The notes under the pieces were generated by a model, which was given only the letters and a program-made list of their open reading frames with translations, was not told the origin of the DNA and searched no databases. Positions 1-9,413 of a stretch of DNA of 64,000 nucleotides are shown here, one piece after another. The stretch covers positions 45,531 through 109,530 of the IMG/VR virus record IMGVR_UViG_3300036861_001106. One strand, given 5' to 3'. The position numbers and the translations under genes were made by a program. Numbering within the stretch: position 1 is the first letter of the stretch; every line of letters starts with the position of its first letter. The DNA comes from a virus.

Positions 1-25
1 CGACAGCCGCCGGACCACCGCGTAG

Positions 26-54
26 TTGACAGGTGTCAGCCCGTGGGGTAGAAT
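26..54 (+). promoter_or_regulatory. sigma70-type promoter, probably giving a leaderless mRNA
   Basis: TTGACA(26-31)-17 nt-TAGAAT(49-54); GTG start 6 nt downstream with no SD. Confidence 0.75.
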
Positions 55-60
55 AAGACT

Positions 61-486
61 GTGCCGACACCACTTGCAGCCAGCAGCATGTCCCTCCGCA
101 GCCTCGACGGCGGCAACATCACCACCTTCTCCGTCGACCCCACCCGGTACGACCCCTTCCAGAATGCCAAGCGCGGCAGCAGCCACCGGGTCCTCTCCGG
201 CTCCGTCATCCACCAGGACCGTGGGCTGCAGGTGGCGGACTTCGTGATCAACCTGGAGGCTGAGGTCACCGACTATGTGACATGTCAAGACCTCTGGACT
301 AAGTTTCGAAGTCAGGGCACGACCTGGGAGCTGCGGGACTGGTTCCCGAATCGCTTCGAGGTGCTCTTTGCCCCAGGACAGGCAGCCTTCCACCCAGTCC
401 CAATTCGAGGAAGCTGCGACAGCTTCGAGATTTCGATGGTCTTCTACGTTGTTAGAGTGATACAGTGGTTCGGTTCCTCGTATTGA
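61..486 (+). CDS. hypothetical protein, likely virion/tail component
   Basis: 141-aa ORF with host-like codon usage behind a consensus promoter; structural-region context. Confidence 0.65.
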   Translation: MPTPLAASSMSLRSLDGGNITTFSVDPTRYDPFQNAKRGSSHRVLSGSVIHQDRGLQVADFVINLEAEVTDYVTCQDLWTKFRSQGTTWELRDWFPNRFEVLFAPGQAAFHPVPIRGSCDSFEISMVFYVVRVIQWFGSSY

Positions 487-496
487 GGAGGCTTGC

Positions 497-1378
497 TTGG
501 CTGACCAGCTCAAGGTCTTTGGTGCGCTTGGCGGTGGCGTGGGTGACCTCTGGTGGGACTGGCTTCACGAACCCAGCTTTCGCAAGCTGGCCAGTCTCGT
601 GGAGCGCAATGGCGCGCGCGTGCGCATCTACTCCCAGTGTCACTGCGCTGGTGCTGCCACGGACCTGTTCCACGGTCACCCCCACGTCCATGAGGTCGTG
701 GAGGAGCCCTGGGCACCACCCACGCCCGAGCTGCAGCACCGGTGGAACACCCCCACTGCGGATGGCTTCATCCCGCTCTCGCGCAATGACCTGCTGCATG
801 ACGCGGGGGTGCGCCAACTTGACCTTCAACAACCGCAGATCCACCTGCTGGAGGGTGAGCGTCACCTGCTTGGTCAACTCCTGACGCGGCGCCCCTGCGT
901 CGTGGCCCAGCCCTACGCGGGGCTCTCTGACCGCGATGGCTTTGACGTGGCTGCCATCGCACGGCTGGCTGCAGCCCTGCAGCACCTCGCACCGGCGGCC
1001 AGCCTCCTGGTGATTGGCCGGAACCATGACCGCGGCCACAAGTACACACAGGAGCTGTGCCCAGCCGCACCAAACCTCACCGACCTGATTGATCAGCTCA
1101 ACATTCGGGTGACCTACCACCTCGTGGCCAATTGTGACGCCTTTGTCGGGGCGCACTCAAACCTCATCCGCGCTGCCTGGGACCACCGGCGTCGCACGGT
1201 GCTGGTGGTGCCCGAGCCCCTGATGACGCGCCACCTGCCGACGCTGGACTCAAAGTACACCTACGGGCTGCGACACCCAGAAAATAGGGTATTCACGTAT
1301 CCCTTCGACCATGGTCAGGAGCGACAATTTGACCAGCTCGACACCAGCGCCATCGCCGAGTTCCTCCTGCGGGGCTGA
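497..1378 (+). CDS. glycosyltransferase, GT9/heptosyltransferase-like (divergent)
   Basis: GGGVGD N-terminal motif, HPHVHEV, DLIDQL...CDAFVGAHS C-terminal GT-B motif; SD GAGGAGG. Confidence 0.7.
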   Translation: MADQLKVFGALGGGVGDLWWDWLHEPSFRKLASLVERNGARVRIYSQCHCAGAATDLFHGHPHVHEVVEEPWAPPTPELQHRWNTPTADGFIPLSRNDLLHDAGVRQLDLQQPQIHLLEGERHLLGQLLTRRPCVVAQPYAGLSDRDGFDVAAIARLAAALQHLAPAASLLVIGRNHDRGHKYTQELCPAAPNLTDLIDQLNIRVTYHLVANCDAFVGAHSNLIRAAWDHRRRTVLVVPEPLMTRHLPTLDSKYTYGLRHPENRVFTYPFDHGQERQFDQLDTSAIAEFLLRG

Positions 1379-2111
1379 GCAGCGCGAGCGCTGCCCCGCC
1401 TGTGCTCGGGACTTGCTGTACCCCCACCAGCGGGGACTTGGCTACTGCTACCACTGCTTCACCTACTGTGCTGCTGACCGACACACGACTGCGGTCTATG
1501 ACCGTGCCTACGTGGCAGAGCGCTATGATCGGTACCCAGCCATGCAGCAGATGAGCGAGCTGCGCCTGCGCGTGTTGTGGCACGTCCTGAGCCTGCACGA
1601 GTGTGCTGCCACCGGCGAGCAGCTTCGCCGGGGCCGGCTCCTGGACGTGGGGTACGGGAATGGCAGCTTCATTCGCGCCGCCGCTGCCGTCGGGTGGGCT
1701 GCCGTGGGGAATGACGTCAACCCCACCGAGTACCCCGGTGTGCGGCGCGTGGCGCTGCCGACAGACCCACTGCCGCCGGAGGAGCGCTACCGGGTCATCA
1801 CGTTCTTCGACTCCCTGGAGCACTTCGAGGACCTGGCCGCGCCACGAGCGGCAGCGCTCAGCACTGACTGGCTGATGATCAGCGTGCCCCGGGCTCCCCG
1901 GAGCTTCCCCAGTCGACCCTGGAAGCACTTTCGACCTGGGGAGCACCACCACTACTGGTGGAACCCCCGGTCGTTCGAGCTGATCTTCACGACGCCGGAG
2001 GTGCAGGCGCGGCTCGTCTACGCCGAGCACCCGGAGGACCACATTCGCGGGACACTGCCGGATGGAGTGCCGAACATCATGACCTGTGTCCTGAGGCTGG
2101 AGCGGCTGTGA
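1311..2111 (+). CDS. class I SAM-dependent methyltransferase with N-terminal Cys cluster (start uncertain)
   Basis: LLDVGYGNG motif I, ITFFDSLEH, HFRPGEH; CxxC...CxxC. Confidence 0.8.
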   Translation: MVRSDNLTSSTPAPSPSSSCGAEQRERCPACARDLLYPHQRGLGYCYHCFTYCAADRHTTAVYDRAYVAERYDRYPAMQQMSELRLRVLWHVLSLHECAATGEQLRRGRLLDVGYGNGSFIRAAAAVGWAAVGNDVNPTEYPGVRRVALPTDPLPPEERYRVITFFDSLEHFEDLAAPRAAALSTDWLMISVPRAPRSFPSRPWKHFRPGEHHHYWWNPRSFELIFTTPEVQARLVYAEHPEDHIRGTLPDGVPNIMTCVLRLERL

Positions 2112-2770
2112 GACACGACATCTTCCACGTCAGCGAGCGGTACCCAGTGCCCATCTCCAGCTTTGCAGTGCCCTCGGACATCACCATCTTTGGCGGCCGC
2201 TGGGCAGATGACACGTATTACGCGGATTACGCGGGCATTGCCAGGAAGTACCGGCCCGAGGAGATCCTGGAGATCGGGGTGCGCTTCGGTTACTCCGGCA
2301 TTGCGATGTGCCTGGGTGCCCTTGCAGGACGCCCAAATTACGATCCAGAGGTGTGGATCCTCGGCTACGATGGAATCGACGCTTGCTTCTTCAGTCACCC
2401 TGAAGATCCAGCAGTCTCAAGCAACGAGGTTGCCAGCGCGAACTTCGCAGCCCAGACGCCAAGCGTTGGTGTTGAGCTGTTTCGCCACGACACACGAGCG
2501 GGGCTGCCCGAGAAGGTGTGTCAGTACCTTGGAGTCTATGACCTTGTCAACGTTGACGGGGACCACTCCTACGAGGGGTGCTACCGCGACCTTGTCAACA
2601 TCTGGCCCCTGACTGCCCCTGGTGCGGTTGTGATCGTAGACGACACGGGGATGACCGACGTGAAGCGCGCGGTGGAGCAGTTCCGTGACGAGCACCTTGC
2701 GGAGTTGCAGGCGTTCCAGTGGCACGAGAATGAGCGTGGGCTGGCGCTCCTGCAGCGGAACGCAGGCTGA
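2108..2770 (+). CDS. class I SAM-dependent methyltransferase (Methyltransf_24-like)
   Basis: ILEIGVRFGYS, DLVNVDGDHSYEG, GAVVIVDD; GTGA overlap with upstream stop. Confidence 0.85.
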   Translation: MRHDIFHVSERYPVPISSFAVPSDITIFGGRWADDTYYADYAGIARKYRPEEILEIGVRFGYSGIAMCLGALAGRPNYDPEVWILGYDGIDACFFSHPEDPAVSSNEVASANFAAQTPSVGVELFRHDTRAGLPEKVCQYLGVYDLVNVDGDHSYEGCYRDLVNIWPLTAPGAVVIVDDTGMTDVKRAVEQFRDEHLAELQAFQWHENERGLALLQRNAG

Positions 2771-3300
2771 TGGGAAAGCGTGCCTACTTTGTGCTTGGCC
2801 CCGAGAACTCCGGCACGAGGTTCTTCCGGCGGTGCCTCTGCTCGGCAGGGTGCTACGGTGACCCGGACGCCGGTGAGAGCACCGATGACCTGTGCTTCCG
2901 CGACAAGCCAAGCAAGCTCGCACTTGCGCGCAGCGTGCCCAATGGGCTGCTGGTGCCGGACGTGCTTGCCATCGCGGGGCTGCTCAAGGCAGCGGGGTAC
3001 CGGGTGACGCCCATCCTCATCTCTCGGCGCAGCGACTTCGTGGTGGCAGGGCAGTTGAAGAACTACGAGGGGCGCACCTTCGAGGCGGCGCGGCAGACGA
3101 TCCTGGTGGCGGCCAAGCTGGCCTACGAGCTGGCGAGCTGGCTGAAGACGACCCTGGTCGTGGTGCCGTACGGGCTCTTCGTGACGGTGCCGGAGGTGCG
3201 GGGACACCTGTTTGCGCAGCTCGGGCTGCCGCCGCCAACCGTCGAGGTCGTCAACGCCAATGAGAAGTACGGGCTGGCAGGGCTGCTGCTGCCGTTCTGA
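2770..3300 (+). CDS. sulfotransferase-like/P-loop protein
   Basis: FVLGPENSGTRF resembles the PAPS-binding loop; VVPY..F....E....LFAQLGL C-terminal pattern. Confidence 0.5.
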   Translation: MGKRAYFVLGPENSGTRFFRRCLCSAGCYGDPDAGESTDDLCFRDKPSKLALARSVPNGLLVPDVLAIAGLLKAAGYRVTPILISRRSDFVVAGQLKNYEGRTFEAARQTILVAAKLAYELASWLKTTLVVVPYGLFVTVPEVRGHLFAQLGLPPPTVEVVNANEKYGLAGLLLPF

Positions 3301-3312
3301 GGGGAGGCTGAC

Positions 3313-3996
3313 TTGGTTGTCGAGGTGGAGTTCCTGACCGAGCCGGAGTGGTGGAAATTTGATCGTCGGCTGGTGGACCAGGTGGCCTTCCCGCTGGGTG
3401 ACCGGTACCCGCAGGAGATCATCGACCGGTACTTCGCGGTCTACGGTGGCCTAGTCCACAAGTTCCGCCCACGACACATGCTGGAGATTGGCGTGCGGTT
3501 CGGCTACACGGGCATCGTCTGCTGCGCGGCAGCGCTGGCGGCGGGCGTCGAGCGCTTCGAGTACCTGGGCATCGACGATGAGAGCTACCACGCCGGGTCG
3601 TGCCAGCAGGCCAACGACAACTTCCGCATCGTTGGGTTCCACGCGCGCTGTCGGGCGCTGCGGTGGAACTCCTTCGACGGCATCCCGGCCAAGCTGGGGA
3701 CCTTTGACCTCATCCACGTCGACGGCAACCACGACAAGCACGGGGTGCTCAATGACCTCATGAACGTGTGGCCCATCCTGCACCAGCGGGGCTTCGTGAT
3801 CCTCGATGACTACTACTTCCCCCAGATCAGGGAGGCCATCGACCAGTGGCTGGAGGAGTTCGTGGACAGTGACAACGTCGTGGCGGTGCAGTTCGTGGAG
3901 GATGAGCGTGGCCACGCCATCATTCGCAAGACAGGGCTGCGCAGGGAGGAGCTGCAGGACCAGGAGGGGTTGGTGATGGAGGCCCTCACCCTGTGA
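3313..3996 (+). CDS. class I SAM-dependent methyltransferase (Methyltransf_24-like), paralog of 2108..2770
   Basis: MLEIGVRFGYT, FDLIHVDGNH, GFVILDDY. Confidence 0.85.
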   Translation: MVVEVEFLTEPEWWKFDRRLVDQVAFPLGDRYPQEIIDRYFAVYGGLVHKFRPRHMLEIGVRFGYTGIVCCAAALAAGVERFEYLGIDDESYHAGSCQQANDNFRIVGFHARCRALRWNSFDGIPAKLGTFDLIHVDGNHDKHGVLNDLMNVWPILHQRGFVILDDYYFPQIREAIDQWLEEFVDSDNVVAVQFVEDERGHAIIRKTGLRREELQDQEGLVMEALTL

Positions 3997-5033
3997 TTGC
4001 GGAGGCTACTCGCGTGCTCAAGGTGTGGCCCACTCGGGTTGTCCGTGAGCCAAAGCTCAAGAAGATCACCGTCTTCCGACAGCTTGGCGGAATCGGTGAC
4101 GTCCTGATGTGCACGCCAGTGTTCCGCGGGCTCAAGGAGAAGTACCCCGGGTGCTTCTTGACCGTGGCGACTGACAGCAGCTACATGGCGGGCTGTCTGC
4201 CGATGATCTTTCGGCACAACCCCTTCATCGACGATCTCGTTCACGTCAACCCCTTTGAGTTTGTCTGCTCTCCCACGCGGCACGTGCGGCAGGAGTTCCG
4301 CAACGCGCCGAACCACGCTGACATGGTGCCTCACTGCGTGCGGGACACGGACCTGGTGATCGACCTGAACGTCGTCTGCGCCCTGACCGAGACTGCCCAG
4401 CAGCCCCACGTCAAGGACCACCGCACGGACATCTGGTGCCGGGCTGCGGGGGTGGCACCCTCCAACCGGCGCCCCATCCTGCACCTGACCGGCAGCGAGC
4501 TGGCGGAGGGAGCACGGTGGTGTGAGGAGCGCCTCGGGGCCGGCGTGCGGGTCGGCGTGGTGCTCACCACCAAGGACCCGGCGCGGGACTGGCCCTTCGC
4601 CTCCCAGTTCGCCTGGGAGCTGCAGCAGCGTGGCTACAAGGTGTGCTCGATCGATGCACTCAAGAAGGTCACGGACCAGGTGCCAGCCATGCTCGGCATG
4701 CACATCCGCAAGGTGGCTGCCGCCATCGCCCACCTCGACGTCGTCGTCTCCCCGGACACCGGCATCCTCCACGTCGCGGGCACGCTGGGGGTGCCGGTCG
4801 TCGGCCTGTTTGGTCCCACCGACGGGGCCCTGCGGATGCGGGAGTACCCTGGTAGCTACGTCAACCCCACCGCCATTGTGGACTGTGCTCCCTGCTGGTA
4901 CCTGCATCCCTGCCGGAAGGAGAATCCGAAGGAGCCGGCGAAGCACTACGTGTGCATGCGACGCCTCACCAAGGAGCTGGTGCTCCACGAGCTGGAGGCC
5001 ACCCTCCGACGCTTCGGCAAGGAGCCGCTGTAG
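3993..5033 (+). CDS. GT9 family glycosyltransferase (ADP-heptose:LPS heptosyltransferase-like)
   Basis: GGIGDVLMCTP, HNPFID, SPDTGILHVAGTLGVPVVGLFGPT, CAPC...C...CM. Confidence 0.9.
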   Translation: MIAEATRVLKVWPTRVVREPKLKKITVFRQLGGIGDVLMCTPVFRGLKEKYPGCFLTVATDSSYMAGCLPMIFRHNPFIDDLVHVNPFEFVCSPTRHVRQEFRNAPNHADMVPHCVRDTDLVIDLNVVCALTETAQQPHVKDHRTDIWCRAAGVAPSNRRPILHLTGSELAEGARWCEERLGAGVRVGVVLTTKDPARDWPFASQFAWELQQRGYKVCSIDALKKVTDQVPAMLGMHIRKVAAAIAHLDVVVSPDTGILHVAGTLGVPVVGLFGPTDGALRMREYPGSYVNPTAIVDCAPCWYLHPCRKENPKEPAKHYVCMRRLTKELVLHELEATLRRFGKEPL

Positions 5034-5059
5034 GCGGTATAATGACAAGGAGGAGCTTG

Positions 5060-5392
5060 ATGAAGATTCGTCAGTTCAGCGCGGTGGTTGTGGTCCTTGG
5101 CCTGTTCTTGCTGGCACTACCATTGCCGGCCAACGCCAGCCCCACCGGGCGGCGCAACACCGCCCTCGGAGTCAGCGCGCTGGCCATCTACGAGATTGCC
5201 CGGGGGAACAACGGGCTTGGGCTGCTGAGCGCCGCGGGCGCAGTCGTCGCTTGGAACCGCTACAGCCAGGGACGGCGCGAGGAGCGCTGCCGGGACGCCT
5301 TCAATGCGGGTTTCCGGGCGGGTGTGCGGCGGGCGTGGCGGGAGTGCCCCGACCGTGGGCGTCATCGGGGTCAGCGGCGTCGAGGCCGCTGA
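5060..5392 (+). CDS. small exported/membrane protein
   Basis: TATAAT plus SD AGGAGG upstream; signal peptide ending ANA; hydrophobic Gly/Ala-rich segment. Confidence 0.7.
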   Translation: MKIRQFSAVVVVLGLFLLALPLPANASPTGRRNTALGVSALAIYEIARGNNGLGLLSAAGAVVAWNRYSQGRREERCRDAFNAGFRAGVRRAWRECPDRGRHRGQRRRGR

Positions 5393-5405
5393 CGGGAGCT
5401 GAGCT

Positions 5406-5777
5406 GTGCCAGCGTCACTGAGAATGCTCGACAGCGACGAGTCCACGGTCATCACGACGTCCGATCAGGGGAACGTGCCGACCCCGGGCTCGTCCACCGC
5501 CAAGAAGTTCTTCGTGCAGAACTTCGGCACCTCGACAGCGGAGGACGTCGTGGTCACGATCGAGGCAGTGGGGACCAACGACGGGGCGGACTACACGCAG
5601 ATCGCTGCGGATGTCGCGGGCTCGCCGGGGACGTTCAGCCAGAGCGACGTCAACCTGGGCGACATCGCTGCCTTGGACGACGCACCCTTCTGGGCGCAGA
5701 TTGTCCAGCCGAGCGGCCTCACCGCTGACAACAATCCCCGGCGCAGCAGCCTCGTGGCGTCGGGCACAACCGTCTAG
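5406..5777 (+). CDS. putative virion structural protein (Ig-like, beta-rich)
   Basis: acidic, Thr/Ser/Gly-rich 123-aa ORF; VQNFGTSTAEDVVV. Confidence 0.6.
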   Translation: MPASLRMLDSDESTVITTSDQGNVPTPGSSTAKKFFVQNFGTSTAEDVVVTIEAVGTNDGADYTQIAADVAGSPGTFSQSDVNLGDIAALDDAPFWAQIVQPSGLTADNNPRRSSLVASGTTV

Positions 5778-5784
5778 GAGCACC

Positions 5785-6045
5785 ATGGGCAAGCAGGCTA
5801 CGGACGTCGACGTCAAGACCACCACTGTTGAGCGCCACCTGGACCAGGCGACGGCGGACGCGCATGAGCTGGTGCCGGGCGACTGGTGTGTCCTCCTGAA
5901 CGAGGAGGGCTTCGAGACCGGGCGGTGGGGCATCGTGTGCAACTCCCTGCGCAACACCGCGCACACCCTGGAGGTGCGGCTGGGGGCTGACCCGATCCGC
6001 ACCTTCCCGCGCCGCAAGCTGCGGTGGCTGGGGCCGTTGGACTAA
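5785..6045 (+). CDS. hypothetical protein
   Basis: SD AGGAG plus ATG; good codon bias. Confidence 0.6.
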   Translation: MGKQATDVDVKTTTVERHLDQATADAHELVPGDWCVLLNEEGFETGRWGIVCNSLRNTAHTLEVRLGADPIRTFPRRKLRWLGPLD

Positions 6046-6055
6046 AGGAGAGGCA

Positions 6056-6631
6056 ATGGAGCGACGGGACCTGTTTCGCAAGGCACTTGGCGCGGTTGCT
6101 GGCACAGCCTCGGCGCTGCTGGTGGGCCGCTACGTTGACCCGCCGGTGAGCGTGGCACGGCTGGAGGCGACAGCCCTGGCGCCAGCCACGTTGGGGTTCT
6201 CCAGCCCGCCGCTTGAGCCGGGCAGCGTTGAGTGGTACTTTGCGGACGGCACCCTGAAGGGGACCACCGTGGTGCCCATCATCAATTACAAGGAAGATAG
6301 TGATCGCTACTTCATCCTTGCTGGTCACGTGCCGGCCATGTTGCTGGGCCACTGGTCCAAGACCCGGGTGCTTGACGTCGGTCTTGCCTGGACGTACTTG
6401 CACGGTGAGCGCGGTGACCTGACCCTGGGTGTGCCGGCAACTGGTCCGCTGGCCCCGGGGACCCTCTTCATGTGGGCGGAGGGTCCGGCGGCTGGCCGCT
6501 GGGGCGTCGTGACCAAGCCCTACCTGCAGTTGCCAAGCATCCAGCGCCATCTGGCGGACGGGAACTTCGAGGCGATGCTGGCCACCGAGGAGGGTCGTGT
6601 CCTCCTCGTGCACCGCAGCCAACTGGGCTGA
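6056..6631 (+). CDS. hypothetical protein with twin-arginine-like N-terminus
   Basis: MERRDLFRKALGAVAG followed by a hydrophobic stretch; SD AAGGAG. Confidence 0.6.
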   Translation: MERRDLFRKALGAVAGTASALLVGRYVDPPVSVARLEATALAPATLGFSSPPLEPGSVEWYFADGTLKGTTVVPIINYKEDSDRYFILAGHVPAMLLGHWSKTRVLDVGLAWTYLHGERGDLTLGVPATGPLAPGTLFMWAEGPAAGRWGVVTKPYLQLPSIQRHLADGNFEAMLATEEGRVLLVHRSQLG

Positions 6632-6642
6632 GGGAGACCACC

Positions 6643-6810
6643 ATGACACTCAACCTGCTGCAGACTGTCGACGCCCCGGAGAAGCCCATGGACCCGACGG
6701 CCCCGTGGTGGCCCAGGGAGGAGCCCCTGGCGCCGCCCACGGAGCCGGACGTGCCCTACGAGGCGCCGCCGGCGGACGATGAGCCGGACGACGATGAGGA
6801 TGACGACTAG
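6643..6810 (+). CDS. small acidic Pro-rich protein
   Basis: SD GGGAG; stop overlaps the stop of the convergent endonuclease gene. Confidence 0.45.
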   Translation: MTLNLLQTVDAPEKPMDPTAPWWPREEPLAPPTEPDVPYEAPPADDEPDDDEDDD

Positions 6811-7673
6811 CCGAAGCGGAGCTGGTCCCGGTACTTCGGGAGCGCCAGGTAGTGGTCCAGGACCCGCTGGCGCTTCCGGGGGAGGTAGATCGTGGCCCCC
6901 TCGTAGAGGAGGTTCACGATGGGGAGGCACTGAGCGTTGCCGTGAAACTGCAGCTTCCAGGCGGTCTTGCTGTTCTTGGCAGCGACGGTGTGACCACCAA
7001 TCTCTGGTAGTTCGATTTTCAGATACTCATGTGCAGCCTTGGCAAATGCTTCGGTGGACACGATCTTGATGGCGGCGTTCGGTGGGCATACCCCATCCTT
7101 GCGAGGGCGATTTCCAGCCTGGGATCGAAACATGCCGTCGCCGTCGAAGTAGCCGCGAAGATAATGCGGCTGCAAACGCCACGAGATGAAGTGCCAGGTA
7201 AGCTTTGTCGTCTTTCCTGGTATGATGCCAAATTTCTCAACATCTCGTAGAAGGTTGACCGAAACCAATGCGAGCCGGCTCGTGGGGTGTCCATTCGCAA
7301 GGTAATGGTACAGGGGATTTTCACACTCTGTGTCTCTCCTGAAAGACTCCAGGTGATCGGCATCTTTCGATGAAAGATTTACGATTACAGAGTTTCTCTG
7401 CGGACAGGCGTAGCCGTCTGCAGCAAGGAAACCAAGCCAGTAGGCTTGGCGTTCAGTCTCAATTGAAGAAAAGTAGCCTTCATTGAGGCTGAACTTTCGC
7501 TGGCAAGCTGATCGGTCGCGCCTAGTTATGCCTGCCATTTTCAGACAGGCGTAGATTGGCATCTCTGAGCAGCCAAACAAAGCAGCGAGTTCGTAGGCGC
7601 TCTTGCCCTCTCGGTAGAGACGGCAAACGACTTCCTTCTGACATTCTGTGAGATGGCCTCTGTAGTTGCTCAT
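6807..7673 (-). CDS. free-standing double-motif LAGLIDADG homing endonuclease with N-terminal HTH
   Basis: AYWLGFLAADG and HYLRGYFDGDG motifs; lower GC than flanks; own promoter. Confidence 0.9.
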   Translation of the reverse strand: MSNYRGHLTECQKEVVCRLYREGKSAYELAALFGCSEMPIYACLKMAGITRRDRSACQRKFSLNEGYFSSIETERQAYWLGFLAADGYACPQRNSVIVNLSSKDADHLESFRRDTECENPLYHYLANGHPTSRLALVSVNLLRDVEKFGIIPGKTTKLTWHFISWRLQPHYLRGYFDGDGMFRSQAGNRPRKDGVCPPNAAIKIVSTEAFAKAAHEYLKIELPEIGGHTVAAKNSKTAWKLQFHGNAQCLPIVNLLYEGATIYLPRKRQRVLDHYLALPKYRDQLRFG

Positions 7674-7678
7674 ATCGG

Positions 7679-7707
7679 AGTCTACAGATTTTGTCTCCAA
7701 ATGTCAA
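7679..7707 (-). promoter_or_regulatory. sigma70 promoter for a leaderless endonuclease mRNA
   Basis: TTGACA-17-TAGACT, ATG 5 nt downstream at 7673. Confidence 0.7.
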
Positions 7708-7765
7708 CTGGCTGCCACGACTTTTTGCGGGAGCGTGGCTAAAAAGTGAAAGGAGGTGCGGTCTC

Positions 7766-8739
7766 ATGGCCGCTACCTTTCTCGTGGAACCAGCGTAACG
7801 GAGCGAGCGGCACGGCGACAGACCTCGGATCAAGCGGAAATTTGGCTTCAAGAAGTTGGCCCCTCGCGTAGGAATGCGTGAGTGAAAACGGCGTGAATTG
7901 CGGGAAGCCTACAGCGAAGGCCATGGTAATCCGCAGCCAAGCTCGACAGGGCACTGGTTGTCGAGAAGGTTCAGAGACTAGAGGGTGAGTCCCAACAATA
8001 AGCCCTCCACGAGCGCGCCGCACCCAGATCGGGTGATGAGATAGTCCAAGCATCGGGGAAACCCGGTGAACTAGAACTTCAAGACCACGGACACGACGGG
8101 GATTGGAGATTACGCCGCGAATCCGGTCTCAGCCGGCTCGAACTCAATGGAAGTCGTACTGCGGATGCACTTCACAGGGTCTGCGGCCCCTCCAGCCTGA
8201 AAGGGCTGGTCGTGATGGCGTGAATTCGGGGAAGCCTACAGCGAAAGCCATGGTAATCCCGACCCAAGCTCTCCAGGAATGGTGAGAAGGGCTAGAGACC
8301 AGAGCAAGTAGACGAGACCCGTCGAACGCTCCACGAGCGCGCCACACCCCTCGGGGTGATGAGATGGTCCGACACTCCGTGGAAACGCGGAGAGCCTTGG
8401 ATAAAGAGCCAAGGTGTAACTGGTGCCTTCAACCGCATCGCCGACTTCCGATTCTGGCAATCGACGGCGTTCTCGCCGTCCACCGGCTTGCAGGTCTTCT
8501 GGTCCGGCACGCAGGTCATCTACCTGCAGCCGACCACCGGCACGTCGTCCATCGCCACGTCGTCCATCCCGACGACCGACCCTGGCACGGCGAACGTCAG
8601 CGTGGGTGGCTCCCTGACCGGATGCCTGACGACATCTGGTTTTACGGACCACATCTACCTTCAGCTCAGGACTGCGTCCAACGCTGCGGCAGGTGACACA
8701 TCGCTCGGAACTTTCACGGGCAGCTACACTGAGAACTAA
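7766..8739 (+). CDS. ~166-aa putative virion protein split by two group I introns (exons 7766-7847, 8075-8180, 8426-8739; exon 1 has a +1 frame discontinuity at 7778-7781)
   Basis: SD AGGAGGTG plus ATG; spliced product MAATFSWNQRNGASGTATDLGSSGNLA|NFKTTDTTGIGDYAANPVSAGSNSMEVVLRMHFTG|SFNRIADFRFWQ...YTEN stays in frame across both junctions. Confidence 0.75.
7848..8074 (+). ncRNA. group I intron 1 (227 nt, no ORF)
   Basis: 5' exon ends in U, intron ends in G; IGS GAAGTTGGCC (7852-7861) pairs over 10 nt with ligated junction GGCT|AACTTC including the U.G pair; P7 GACTA/TAGTC; core GAATTGCGGGAA...AATCCGCAGCCAAG. Confidence 0.9.
8181..8425 (+). ncRNA. group I intron 2 (245 nt, no ORF)
   Basis: P1 GGGU/GCCC; core GAATTCGGGGAA...AATCCCGACCCAAG; P7 GACCA/TGGTC; P9 hairpins; terminal G; removal restores the frame (T|CC = Ser). 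Confidence 0.85.
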
Positions 8740-9413
8740 GGTGCGTGCCACTGTCAGAATCCTGATCGCTGCCCTGGCCCTCTTTGCCAGCGCCTTCTGG
8801 CTCGCGCTCTCCGGCGTCATCTGGCTCGACTGCCCGTGGCTCGGTGCCCTGATGGGGGCCCTCGGGGGGCTCGCCTTTGGGGCGGCCCTCTGGCTGCTCG
8901 GGGTGCTCGACGAGGGGGCCAATGGCGCACACTGAGCTGATGCAGGTCACCTTCAGCGGGTACTGCTGGCGCTGCGGGGTGCGGCGGTTCAACGAGGTCT
9001 GCCTGGAGTGGCCGGTGCCCAAGGACTGGCTCGTCAGGGCCATCACGCGGCTGGAGGGGAGGGGCTGGTGCTTCGTCGATGGCACCAGCGAACACACCGC
9101 GCGGGCGTACTGCAAGCAGTGCGTGGAGGCCACGGAGGGGTGATGAGCCTGCGCGAGACCAACTTCGTCCTGGCGCAGCGAGCGCCCACCAGTAGCACCC
9201 TGCGGCTGGAGACGGCAAGCGGCGACCTGGTGACCGCGCGACCCTGGGACCGCGTCAAGGTCCCCCTGCTGGTGCGGTGGTGTGGCCGGGTGTTTCAATT
9301 TCAGTTCAACTCCTGCCACAGCCGCATTCACAACTTCCGCGAGCTGGCCCCCGAGGACGCGGCAACTGCCGTGGGGAGCTTTGAGGTGCACGAGCTTGAG
9401 TAGAGGAGGTTCC

